This document shows positions 1 to 12,314 of a DNA stretch of 64,000 nt, piece after piece. Source of the DNA: Heterodontus francisci. Its lineage: Eukaryota. The stretch spans positions 1,798,001 through 1,862,000 of the forward strand of contig NC_090404.1 in NCBI RefSeq assembly GCF_036365525.1. The letters run 5' to 3'. Under the pieces are notes generated by a model. It did no database searches. It was not told the DNA's origin and saw only the letters and a list, made by a program, of their open reading frames with translations. The translations under genes and the position numbers were made by a program. Each line of letters opens with the position of its first letter. Within the stretch, counting starts at the first letter, position 1.

Positions 1-730
1 GGGATGTACTCACACAATATCTGGTCCTGGGATGTACTCACACAATATCTGGTCCTGGGATGTACTCACACAATATCTGGTCCTGGGATGTACTCACACA
101 GTATCTGGTCCTGGGATGTACTCACACAGTATCTGGTCCTGGGATGTACTCACACAATATCTGGTCCTGGGATGTACTCACACAATATCTGGTCCTGGGA
201 TGTACTCACACAATATCTGGTCCTGGGATGTACTCACACAATATCTGGTCCTGGGATGTACTCACACAATATCTGATCCTGGGATGTACTCACACAGTAT
301 CTGGTTTTGGGATGTACTCACACAGTATCTGGTCCTGGGATGTACTCACACAATATCTGGTCTTGGGATGTACTCACACAATATCTGCTCCTCGGATATA
401 CTCACAGAATATCTGGTCCTGGGACGTTCTCACACACGATCTGATCCTGGGACGTACTGACACAATATCTGATCCTGGGATTTACTCACACTTTATCTGT
501 TCCCGGGACGTACTCACACAATATCTGATCCTGGGATGTACTCACACAATATCTGGTCCGGAGATGTACTCACACAATATCTGGTCCGGAGATGTACTCA
601 CATCATATCTGGTCCTGGGATATACTCACACAATATCTGATCCTGGGATGTACTCACACAATATCTGATCCTGGGATATGCGCACACAGAATCTGCTCCT
701 GGGATGTACTCAAAATATCTCGTTCTGGGA
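1..730. repeat. 28-bp minisatellite (gggatgtactcacacaatatctggtcct)n
   Basis: About 26 tandem units, degenerating rightwards; cut by the window edge. Confidence 0.95.
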
Positions 731-732
731 TG

Positions 733-1965
733 TCTTCTTCTTCTTCTTCTTTGGCCTCCTTGTCTCGAGAGACAATGGGTAAGCGCCTGGAGGTGTTCAG
801 TGGTTTGCGAAGCAGCGACTGGAGTGGCGATAAAGGCCAATTCTAGAGCGACAGGCTCTTCCACATGTGCTGCAGATAAAATTGGTTGTCGGGGCTGTTA
901 CACAGTTGGCTGTCCCCTTGCGCTTCTGTCTTTAATCCTGCCAACTGCTAAGTCTCTTCGACTCGCCACACTTTAGCCCCTCCTTGATGGCTGCTCGCCA
1001 GCTCTGGCGATCACTGGCAACTGCCTCCCCCGACTTGTGATCAATGTCACAGGACTTCATGTCGCGTTTGCAAACATCTTTAAAGCGGAGACATGGACGG
1101 CCAGTGGGAATCCTGCCATCTTCCATGCGGCTCACATGGCCAAGCCATCTCAAGCGCCGCTGGCTCAGTTGGATGTATATGCTGGGGATGTTGGCCGCCT
1201 CAAGGACTTCTGTGTTGGATATATGGTCTTGCTACCTTGTGCCAAGTATTCTCCGGAGGCAGTGAAGGTGGAATGAATTGAGACGTCGCTCTTGGCTGAC
1301 ATACGTTGTCCAGGTCTCGCTGCCATGGAGCAAGGTACTGAGGACCCAGGCTTGATACACTTGGACTTTTGTGTTCTGTGTCAGTGGGCCATTTTCCCAG
1401 ACTCTATTGGCCAGTCTGGACATAGCAGTGGAAGCCTTTCCCATGTGCCTGTTGATTTCTGCATCGAGAGGCAGGTTACTGGTGATAGTTGAGCCTAGGG
1501 AGGTGAACTCTTGAACCACTTCCAGAGCCTGGCCGCTGATATTGATGGATGGAGCATTTCTGACGTCCTGTCTCATGATGTTCGTTTTCTTGAGGCTGAT
1601 AGTGAGGCCAAATTCATTGCAGGCAGCCGCAATCCTGTCGATGAGTCTCTGCAGACACTCTTCAGTGTGAGATGTTAATGCAAAATCGTCAGCAAAGAGG
1701 AGTTCCCTGATCAGGACTTTCCGTACTTTGGTCTTCGCTCTTAGATGAGCAAGGTTGAACAACCTGCCACCTGATCTTGTGTGGAGGAAAATTCCTTCTT
1801 CTGAAGACTTGAACGCATGTGAGAGCAGCAGGGAGAAGAAGATCCCAAACAGTGTAGGTGTGAGAACACAGCCCTGTTTCACGCCACTCCGGATAGGATA
1901 GGGGTCTGATCAGGCGCCGCTATGCTGAATTATGCCTTTCATATTGTCATGGAATGAGGTGATGA
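733..1965 (-). mobile_element. RTE-clade LINE, 5'-truncated, decayed
   Basis: RT motifs KQGCVLTPTLF and LLFADD; RWLGHVSRM; (GAA)n tail at 733-751. Confidence 0.85.
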
Positions 1966-3030
1966 GGGCACAGAATGTACACTGGGTGGGGGACTTCAAT
2001 GTCCATCACCAAGAATGGCTCAGTAGCACCACCACTAACTGAGCTGGCCGTGTCCTAAAGGACATAGTTGCGAGACTGGGTCTGCAGCAGGTAGTGAGGG
2101 AACCAAAAAGAGGCAAAAACCTACTTGACCAAATCCTCATCAACCTACCAGTCACAGATGCATCTTTCCATGACAGTACTGGTAGGAGTTGAAGTGCAAG
2201 GAGAGAGCCAACTGTGTAACAGCCCTGAGAACCAACTTTATCTGCAGCACCTGTGGAAGAGTCTTTCACTCTAGAATTGCCCTTTATAGCCACTCCAGGC
2301 GTTGCTTCACAAACCACTGACCACCTCCAGGAGCTTACCCATTGTCTCTCGAGACAAGGAGGCCAAAGAAGAAGATTGGTAGGAATGACCACCGCACAGT
2401 CCCTGTGAAAACAAAGTTCCTTCTTCACATTGTGGATACCCTCCATCATGTTATGTGGCACTACAACCATGCTAAATGGGAGAGATTTCGAACAGATCAA
2501 GCAACACAAAACTGGGAATTCCATGAGGTGCTGTGGGTCATCAGCAGCAGCAGAATTGTATTCAACCACAATCTGCAACCTCATGCCTTGGCATATCCCC
2601 TACTCTACCATGACATTAAGCCGAGGGATCAACCATGGTTCAATAAAGAGTGCAGAAGGGCGTGCCTGGAGCAGCACCAGGCATACCTAAAAATGAGTTG
2701 TCAACCTGGTGAAGCTACAACCCAGGACCACATGCATGCCCAACAGCAGAAGCAGCACACGATAGACAGAGCTAAGGAAGCCCACAACCTATGAATCAGA
2801 TCTAAGCTCTGCAGTCCTGCCACATCCAGTCGTGAATGGTGGTGGACAATTAAACAACTGACAGGAGGAGGAGGCTCCACAAACAACCCCATCAGATATT
2901 GAAGGAGCTCAGCACATCAGTGCAAAAGACAAGTGGATGATCCATCTCGGTCTTTTTCTGAGGTCCCCAGCATCACAGATGCCAGTCTTCAGCCAATTCC
3001 ATTCACTCCACATGATCTCAAGAAACGGCT
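1966..3030 (+). mobile_element. APE/RT LINE ('family B', clade uncertain), endonuclease-side fragment
   Basis: GDFNVHH-type and PWFN motifs; the same family resumes at 7676 after the CR1. Confidence 0.7.
2190..2376 (+). mobile_element. RTE 3'-end fragment with target-site duplication
   Basis: Inverted match to about 745-930; flanked by tggtagga(g/a)t at 2180-2189 and 2377-2386. Confidence 0.8.
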
Positions 3031-6000
3031 GGAGTCAGGAGTGGAATCAGACCCTATAAAATAAAGAGCGGGGCTCGAGACCCTTCACTAACCTGAAGTT
3101 GGGGACGGCAGGAGCGGACCTGGAAGGAGTCGGGAGTGGAATCAGACCAATAAAAGACAGAGCGGGGCTCAAGACCCTTCACTAACCTGAAGTCGGGGAC
3201 GGCAGGAGCGGACCTGGAAGGAGTCGGGAGTGGAATCAGACCAATAAAAGACAGAGCGGGGCTCGAGGCCCTTCACTAACCTGAAGTTGGGGACAGCAGC
3301 AGCGGACTCTCTGACTGTTTCTGCACGCGCTCTGTTGGATTTAGTGTAAAAAAAGAACAGTGACATCACTGAAATTCTGTGCACTGATTGGTCGGTGGGT
3401 GGCAGCTGTTATTGTCTGGGGATAACTGTGATTGATTGGAGTTAAAAAAAAGTTTCTTTTTAAATTAAAGCCCTGGGATAAAGTTTTAGTATTTACTGGC
3501 TATACTATTGCTGTTTGCATGGAGTGAAGCTGTAAGTTAAGTGTCGGTATTTTCGTTGGCTGAGGGCAGTGGAAGGTGCTCTTTGATCTTTATCTTTCTC
3601 AGCCTCAGAGGTACAGGGGAGGAAAGTTGATTGTAAATAGCTGGTAAGATATTACACAAGCAAGTTTTTTTTAGCATTGTAAAAATAATGGCGGGACAGC
3701 TTGGCCAAGCAGAATGTACCTCCTGTGCCATGTGTTAAGTCGTGGACGTGCTATGTGACCTTGGCAAACATGTCTGCAGAAACTGTCTCTGGTTGCAGAA
3801 GCTTGAGATTCGGGTTTCAGAGCTCGAGCGGCAGCTGGAGTACTGAGGCGCATCCGCGAGGTGGAGGACTACGTGGATGGCACGTTTCAGGAGGTAGTTA
3901 AGCTGGTGCTCAGGCAATCACAGTTGGGGGTTGACTGGGTGGCTGCCGGACGGACTAAGAAGTCAGGGCAGGTAGTGCAGGAGTCCCCAGAAGACATCCC
4001 ACTTTCTAACTGGTACTCAGTTCTGAGTAACGATGAGAGAGAGGTTTCCTCTGGAGAATGCACCGAGGCTCATGACTGGAATGTCATGGCTGACTCGGCT
4101 GTGCTGGGATGGAGAAAAAGGGACAAGAGGGCAATAGTGGTCGGGGATTCTATGGTTAGAGGAACAGATAGGCGTTTCTGTGGTTGCAGACATGATTCCA
4201 TGTTGCCTCCCTGGTGCAAGGATCATGGATATCACTGAGCGGGTACAGAGTATTCTGGAGGGTGAGGATGCACAGCCGGAGGTCGTGGTCCACGTTGGTA
4301 CCAATGACATAGGTAGAAAGAGGGATGAAGTCCTGCAAAAAGAATTTACAGAGCTAGGCAGCAGATTAAAAAGTAGGAGCTCAAATGTTGTAATCTCTGG
4401 GTTTTGTCCAGTGTCACGGCCCAGTGAGCATATGAATAGGAGGTTGGAGCCGATGAATGCATGGTTGGGCAGATGGTGCAGGAGGGAGGGCTTTAGATTC
4501 TTGGATCACTGTGCCTGTCTCTGGCGGAGGTGGGATCTTTATAAGATGCACGGGTTGCACCTGAACCAGAACGGGACCAGCATCCTTGCTGGGAGGTTTG
4601 CGAGTGCTGTTGGTGGGGGCTGTTTAAACTAATTTGGCAAGGGGATGGGATACAGAGTGGAAGCACTGTCGGGGGTGTTGTACCATCAAATATAAATGTG
4701 AAGTTAAGTCAGTCCGGAGGACAGAGTAAATGTAGACCTGTTAAGGCTCAGGCAAAGAATGCAAGGCTGGATTGTATCTATTTTAATGCAAGGAGTCTGA
4801 CTAGTAAGGCAGAGAAATTGAGGGCGTTGATTAACACATGGGAATATGATATTATTGCTATCACTGAGACGTGGTTGAGGGAAGGGCAGGACTGGCAGCT
4901 TAATATCCCAAGGTATAGAATCTTCAGACGTGATAGGGGAGGGGGTAAAAGAGGAGGTGGCATTGCACTATTGATTAAGGAGTCAATTCCTGCAGTAAGG
5001 AGGGATGATATCCTGGAAGGTTCGTCGAATTAGGCCATATGGGTAGAACTTCAAAACAAAAAGGGGGCAATCACTTGGCTGGGAGTGTACTACAGGTCTC
5101 CAAACAGTCAGGCAGTAGTAGAGGAGCAGATATGTAGGCAAATCTCAGAGAGGTGAAAAAATAATAGGGTAATAATAGTAGGCTATTCAACTACCCCTAT
5201 ATTAGAGGGGGTGGTATTAGTGCAAAAAGCTTAAAGGGGGCAGAATTCTTCCAAGTGCATTCAGGAGAGCCCTTTTGAGCCAGCATGTCGAGAGTCCTAC
5301 AAGAGGAGGGGCAGTACTGGACCTAATCCTAGGGAATGAAGCCAGACAAGTGGTAGAAGTGTCAGAGGGGGAGCATTTCAGGGATAGTGACCATAACTCT
5401 GTAAGATTTAAGGTTGTTATGGAAAAGGACATAGAGGGACCAGAAATAAGAGTACTGAATTGGGGGAAGACAGATTTCAATATGCTAAAACAGGATCTGG
5501 CCAAAGTGAACTGGGAGCAGCTTCTTATAGGAAAGTCTACATCAGACCAGTGGGAGTCATTTAGAAGGGAAATGGTGAGGGTTCAGGTGCAGCATGTTCC
5601 TGTAAAGGTGAAGGGTCGGACCAATAGGTCAAGGGAACCCTGGATGTCAAGGGATATAGAGGATTGGAGAAGGTAAAAAAAGGAGGCGTATGGCAGATTC
5701 AGAGTGCTGAAAACAGCGGAGTCCCTAGAGGAGTATAGAAAGTGTAGGGGAGTACTTTAAAAAGTAATTAGGAGAGCAAAGAGGGGGCATGAAAATTCAC
5801 TGGCAGACAATATAAAGGGAAATCCCAAGGCATTTTATAAGTGTGTTCGGGGCAAGAGGATAACCAGGGAAAAAGTGGGGCCCATTAGGGATCATAGAGG
5901 CAATCTGTGTGTGTAGCCGGAGGACATAGGGAGGTTTTGAACGATTACTTTTCATCTGTGTTCACTATGGAGAGGGACAATGTAGGTGTAGTGATCAGGG

Positions 6001-7675
6001 AGGGGGATTATGATATACTTGATCAAATTAGCATTGTAAAGGAGGAAATATTGGCTGTATTCGCAGGCATAAGGATGGATAAATCCCCAGGCCCAGACGA
6101 AATGTATCCCAGGCTGCTATGTGAGCAAGGGAGGAGATAGCGGGGCCTCTGACACAAATTTTCAGATCCTTTCTGGCCACAGGAGAGGTACCAGAGGACT
6201 GGAGGACAGCAAATGTGGTACCATTATTCAAGAAGGGTAGCAGGGATAAACCAGGTAATTACAGGCTGGTGAGTCCAACATCAGTGGTAGGGAAATTATT
6301 GGAAAAATTCTGAGAGACAGGATTACTCTCCACTTGGAGAGGCAGGGATTAATCAGGGATAGTCAGCATGGCTTTGTCAGGGGGAGATCATGTCTAACAA
6401 ACTTGATTGAATTTTTCGAGGAGGTGAGTAGATGTGTAAATGAGGGCAACGCAGTTGATGTAGTCTATATGGACTTCATGGGCTTTTGGGCTTTTGATAA
6501 GGTCCCACATGGGAAATTGCTGAAGAAAGTAAAAGCCCATGGGATCCAGGATAATTTGGCAAATTGGATTCAAAATTGTCTCAGTGGAGGGAAACAGAGG
6601 GTGATGGTAGAGGAAACAAAAACAAGAAATGCTGGAATCACTCAGCAGGTCTAGCAGCATCTGTGGAAAGAGAAGGTAGAGGGTTGTTTTGGTGAATGGA
6701 GGCCTGTGACTAGTGGTGTACCGCAGGGATCGGTGCTGGGACCCTTACTGTTTGTAGTGTACATTAATGATTTAGACGTGAATATAGGAGGTTTGATCAG
6801 TAAGTTCGCAGATGACAAGAAAATTGGTGGTGTCGTAAATAGTGAGGAGGAAAGCCTCAGACTGTAGGACGATCTAGATGGGCTGGTAAGATGGGCAGAG
6901 CAGTGGCAAATGGAGTTTAATCCTGAGAAGTGTGAGGTGATGCACTTTGGGAGGTCTAACAAGGCAATGGATGGCAGGACCCTAGGGAGTACATTGGGTC
7001 AGAGGGACCTTGGGGTGTTTGTCCATAGATCACTGAAGGCAGCAGCACAGGTAGATAAGGTGGTTAGGAAGGCATACGGGATACTTGCCTTTGTTAGCCG
7101 AGGCATAGAATATAAAAGCAGGGAGGTTATGATGGAGCTGTATAAAACGCTGGTTAGGCTACAGTTCTGGTCACCACACTATAGGATGTGATTGCAATGG
7201 AGAGGGTGCAGAGGAGATTCACCAGGATGTTGCCTGGGCTGGAGCATTTCAGTTATGAAGACAGACTGTATCGGCTAGGGTTGTTTTCCTTGGAGCGGAG
7301 AAGACTGAGGGGGGACCTGATTGAGGTATACAAAATGAGGGAAGGATAGATAGGAAGAACCTTTTTCCCTTCGCGGAGAGGTCAATAACTAGGGGGCATA
7401 GATTTAAGGTAAGGTGCAGGAGGTTTGGAGGGGAGTTGAGGAGAAATTTTTTCACCCAGAGGGTGGTTGGAACCTGGAACACACTGCCTTGAGGTGGTAG
7501 AGGCAGGAACACTCATGATATTCAAGAAGTATTTAGATGAAATGCCATAACATACAAGGCTATGGGCCTAGTGCGGGGAAATGGGATTAGTTAGGACGGG
7601 TGCTTGATGGTCAGCGCAGGCGCGTTGGACCGAAGGGCCTGTTTCTGTGCTGTAAAACTCTTAAACTCTATGACT
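3031..7675 (+). mobile_element. Near full-length decayed CR1-clade LINE (ORF1 SGNH esterase; ORF2 APE+RT)
   Basis: GDSMVRG/HVGTND/GLHLN in ORF1; ITETWL, SDH, QHGF...[18 protein letters not shown] in ORF2; frameshifts and stops; CR1-type tail. Confidence 0.9.
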
Positions 7676-8727
7676 AGGATAGTGTCCTAGGCCCAACCAC
7701 CTTCAGCTGCTTCATCAATGACCTTCCTTCAAACATAAGATCAGAAGTGAGGATGTTCGCTGATGATTGCACCATGTTCAGCACCATTCATGACTCCTCA
7801 GAAACTGAAGAAGCCCATGTCCATATGCAGCAAGAACTGGACAATATCCAGGCTTGGCTTAATAAGTGGCAAGTTACAGTCGCGTCACACAATTGCCAGG
7901 CAATGACCATCTCCAACAAGAGAATCCAACCATTTCCCCTTGACATTCAATGGCATTACCATCACTTGAGTCCCCTACTATCAACATTCTGGGCGTTACC
8001 ATTGATCAGAAACGGAACTGGAGTAGCCATATAAGTATTGTGGTCAGAAGGGCAGGTCAAAAACTGCCAATTCTGTGGCAAGTAATTCATCTCATGACTC
8101 CCCAAAGCCTGTCCAGCATCTACAAGCCACAAGTCAGGAGTGTGATGGAATACTCTCCACTTGCCTGGATGGGTGCAGCTCCAACAACACTCAAGAAGCT
8201 CGACACCATCCAGGACAAAGCAACCTGCTTGAATGGCACAACAGCCACCACCTTTGATATTCACTCCCTCTACCATCGACGGACAGTGGTAGCAGTGTGT
8301 ACCATCTACAAGATGCACTGCAACAACTCACCAAGGCTCCTTCGACAGCACCTCCCAAAACCGTGAACTCTACCACCTAGAAGGACAAGGGTAGCACATG
8401 CATGGGGACACCACCACCTGCAAGTTACCCTCCAAGTCACACACCATCCTGACTTGGAACTATATTGCTGTTCCTTCACTGTCACTGCGTCAAAATCCTG
8501 GAACACTCTTCCTAACAGCACTGTGGGTGTACCCACACCACATGGACTGCAGCGTTCAAGAAAGCAGCTGATCACCACCTTATCAAGGGCAATTAGGGAT
8601 GTGCAATAAATGTTTGCCTAGCCAGCAATACCTACATCCCATGAAAGAATTAAAAAAAAATTAGGGATAGGCAATAAATGCTGGACTTGCCAGCGATGTT
8701 CACATCCCCTGAAAGAATAAAAAGAAA
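7676..8727 (+). mobile_element. LINE family B, 3' part with duplicated tail
   Basis: MFADD motif; tail ggcaataaatg...cacatccc..gaaagaat(a)n present twice. Confidence 0.75.
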
Positions 8728-8819
8728 CTATTTTGTGGGTGGTGGGGGCAATTCCCTATTCTGTGTTGTTGGCGTCTCCTCCAACATCTTTGTACTCGAA
8801 TATGGATTACCTCGAATAT

Positions 8820-11800
8820 GCAACTGGAAATCTCTCCTCATGTCTGCTCCTGGGTGTGTATTTCACTAATATCTGGCGCTGGTGTGTATTTCTTTAATGA
8901 CGGTACAGGTTGGATTCCCTCATACATGGGACTGGTAATATCCACCTAATAAATGATATTGTGTGCCTTCCTCACTCCTTCCACTGGGGGATATTCCGCC
9001 ATACATGAAACTCGGTAACCGCACCCACCCCCCACCCATGCCAGTCTCTGGGGTTTATTCCCCAATGAATGTACTTTGGATGAAATTCGGACAGGGTAAT
9101 TGGACCCATTCCCAATATTTGTTCCTGAACTGATTTCCCCGATATCAGTTCCTGGGTTTAATACTCATGTAACTATATAGCTGGGGTATTCCTGCAATTT
9201 CTGTGACTAGGATTGTCCCCCAATATCAGGTCCTAGGGGTTACTTCTCCATTGACTGTACTGGGGGGAATACCCTCAATCCTATTACTGATGTTCTCCCC
9301 CCGTATCTGCTCCTCGGATATATTGAACCAAGGTCTGTACTGGGTGGATTCTCTCCTACTTGGGGCTCTTAATCCATCACCCCCATCCTCATCCCAATGT
9401 CTGATCCTGAGGTATTTTGCCCCAATGAATGTGCTTGGGGAAGATTCATGGGGGGCACTGGGAAACTTCCAATATCCGGTCCTGGGTGTATTCCACCACT
9501 GGCTGTTCTAGTTAACCCTCTTCAATGGGACTGGTATCACCCCCAGTATCTGGCTCTGGGCTTTATTTTCTGAATGACTCCACTGACGGGAATCCCTCAT
9601 ACATGGGAATCTCCTCAAATAGCAGATTCTGTGGCATATTCCCCCAATATTTGGTGCTGGGTTGTACTCGCCAAAGGACGCATCTGGGGTCTCCCACATC
9701 TGGAGTACTGTGTACAGTATTGGTCTCCTTATTTAAGGAAGGATGTAAATGTGTTGCAAGCAGTTCAGAGACGGTTTACTGGACTGATACCTGGATTGGG
9801 AGGGTTGTCTTTCATGGAAAGGTTGGATAGGCTAGGCTTGCATCTATCTGCTGGAGTTCAGAACAGGAAGAGGCGACTTAATTGAAATATATAAGATCCT
9901 GAGGGGTCTTGACAGGGTGGATGTGGAAAGGATGTTTCTCCTTGTGGGAGAATCTAGAACAAGGGGTCACTGTTTAAAAATAAGGGGTCACCCATTTAAG
10001 ATAGAGATGAGGAGAATTTTTTTCTCTTTGAGAGTCGTGAGTCTTTTGAACTCTCTTCCTCAAAAGACGGTGGAAGAAGAGTCTTTGAATATTTTTAAGG
10101 CAGAGCTGGATAGATTCTTGATAAACAAGGGGGTGAAAGGTTATCAGAGGTAGGCGGGAATGTCGAGTCGAGGTTACAAACAGATCAGTCGTGATCTGAT
10201 TAAATGGTGGAGCAGTCTCCAGGGGCTGAGTGTCCTATTCCTGCTCCTAATTCATATGTTCGTTTGGTCACATACATGGGCCTGGTTTCACCTCTAGTAT
10301 CTGGTCCTGGGGTGCATTTCCTGTGGAACAATCCCTCATGCATGTTACTGGGAATCTCCACCGGTATATTATCCTCAGTGGCATTCCCGAACTGTGTATG
10401 GGGTGATTTCTAAATACATGTTACTGAAAATCTCTCGCAATTTCTGGTCCTGGGGTGTATTCCCCAAAGACTGTACATTTCCCTCATACATTAGATTGGG
10501 ACTTTCCCCAATATATGCCCCTAGTGTCCATACCCTCACTATTTGTACTCAGGTGTGGATTCTCTCGTACATGCGACTAGGAATCTTTTATGGTTCACAG
10601 ACGCATTCCCTTACTCTTTGTACTTGGTCGATGGGACTGTGATTTCACCCCACATCTGTTCATGGGGTCTTCTCCCCCCAGTTAATGTGCTTGGGGGGCA
10701 GTTGTGTCATGCCTGGGACTGGAAATCACTCCAATATCTGTTCCTAGGAAACATTCCCTCAATATCTGATCCTGGGCTGAAACACTCCTGTGAATATACA
10801 GCTGTGTATTCCCTCAAATTTTGTTACTAAGATTCTCTCCCAATGTCAGGTCCTGGGTCTATTTCCCTGTTGACTCCAGCAAAATCCTCAAACCTGTTAC
10901 CTGTACTTCAGGAGATTCACTTATACATAGGTCTGGGAATCTCCTCCAATATCTGCTCCTGGTATGCATTCCCCAATAACTACTTGGGGGAATTCATTCA
11001 TCCATGGGACTGTGAATCTCTTCCAATATCTGCTCCTGGGGTATATTCCCCTCTAACAGTACTTTGGGGTTTTGATCATACATGGGACTGTGAATGTCCT
11101 CCAATATCTGCTCCTGTGGTGTGTTCCCCAATAACTGTACTTGGGGGAATTCACTCATACATGGAACTGTAAATCTCCTCCAATATCTGCTCCTGGGGTA
11201 TATTCCCCAATAACTACTTTGGGGTTTTGATCATACATGGGACTGTAAATCTCCTCCAATATCTGCTCCTGGGGTGCATTCCCCTCTACTTTGGGGTTTT
11301 GATCATACATGGGACTGTAAATCTCCTCCAATATCTGCTCCTGGGGTGCATTCCCCTCTACTTTGGGGTTTTGATCATACATGGGACTGTAAATCTCCTC
11401 CAATATCTGCTCCTGGGGTGCATTCCCCTCTACTTTGGGGTTTTGATCATACATGGGACTGTGAATGTCCTCCAATATCTGCTCCTGTGGTGTATTCCCC
11501 AATAACTGTACTTGGGGGAATTCACTCATACATGGAACTGTCAATCTCCTCCAATATCTGCTCCTGGGGTGCATTCCCCTCGAACAGTACTTTGGGGTTT
11601 TGATCATACATGGGACTGTGAATGTCCTCCAATATCTGCTCCTGTGGTGCATTCCCCAATAATTGTACTTGGGGGAATTCACTCATACATGGAACTGTAA
11701 ATCTCCTCCAATATCTGCTCCTGGGGTGCATTCCCCAACAACTGCACTTGGGGGAATTCACTCACACATGGGACTGTAAATCTCCTCCAATATCTGATCC

Positions 11801-11830
11801 TTGGGTATATTTGCCCAATGACTGTACTCA
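8820..11830. repeat. Degenerate 72/78-bp tandem repeat related to the 28-bp minisatellite (CR1 3' fragment inserted at about 9690-10260)
   Basis: Core caatatctg(c/g)tcctgggg recurs throughout; clean 72-bp units at about 11215-11470. Confidence 0.85.
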
Positions 11831-12238
11831 GTCTCCCTTAGTTTCATCCCCCCCCCTTCACACCACAGCATATTTCATTTCACATTTTGGTTTTTATTGA
11901 TTTAGTTTCAAACAAAAACTTTTACATCAGTGAAAAACTTGTTAAAAGAAAGCTGCAGGCAGTAATCCCTCCCATTCCCCTCCCCTGCTCCCATCCTCCT
12001 CCTCTCCCCCATTTCCCTCCCCACTCCTCTCTCCCTCCCCCTCTCCCCTCCACCCCTTTCTCTCTTAATCTCCCCCAGTCCATCTGAAGTTTCATCTGCC
12101 AGAATGAGCTGTTGCTGTGCAGTCGCTGAACATTTCCCAGATGCGCAATGGAAAGGTCCCATTCCCAAATATCACGGGGACACTTCTGGACAATTCACAT
12201 CTTGACAGGTCTGAATGTGAGCAGCGTGCATCAGCTGG

Positions 12239-12250
12239 TCATTGCTGAAC
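12239..12250 (-). CDS. IgW: Probable TM2 exon coding part (VQQ*); 3'UTR runs to AATAAA at 11893-11898
   Basis: ctgtctgtattacag|GTT CAG CAA TGA, phase 0; first unique-sequence acceptor past the 41-bp array, followed by a poly(A) signal about 340 nt later. Confidence 0.7.
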   Translation of the reverse strand, partial: VQQ

Positions 12251-12314
12251 CTGTAATACAGACAGCAGAGTAAGATGCTTGTGTGTGCCACAGTAGAACA
12301 GGTAGTGTAACCGT

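Noticed and set aside
4-668. Repetitive ORFs MYSHNIWSWDV...
   Set aside because: Translation of the 28-bp minisatellite.
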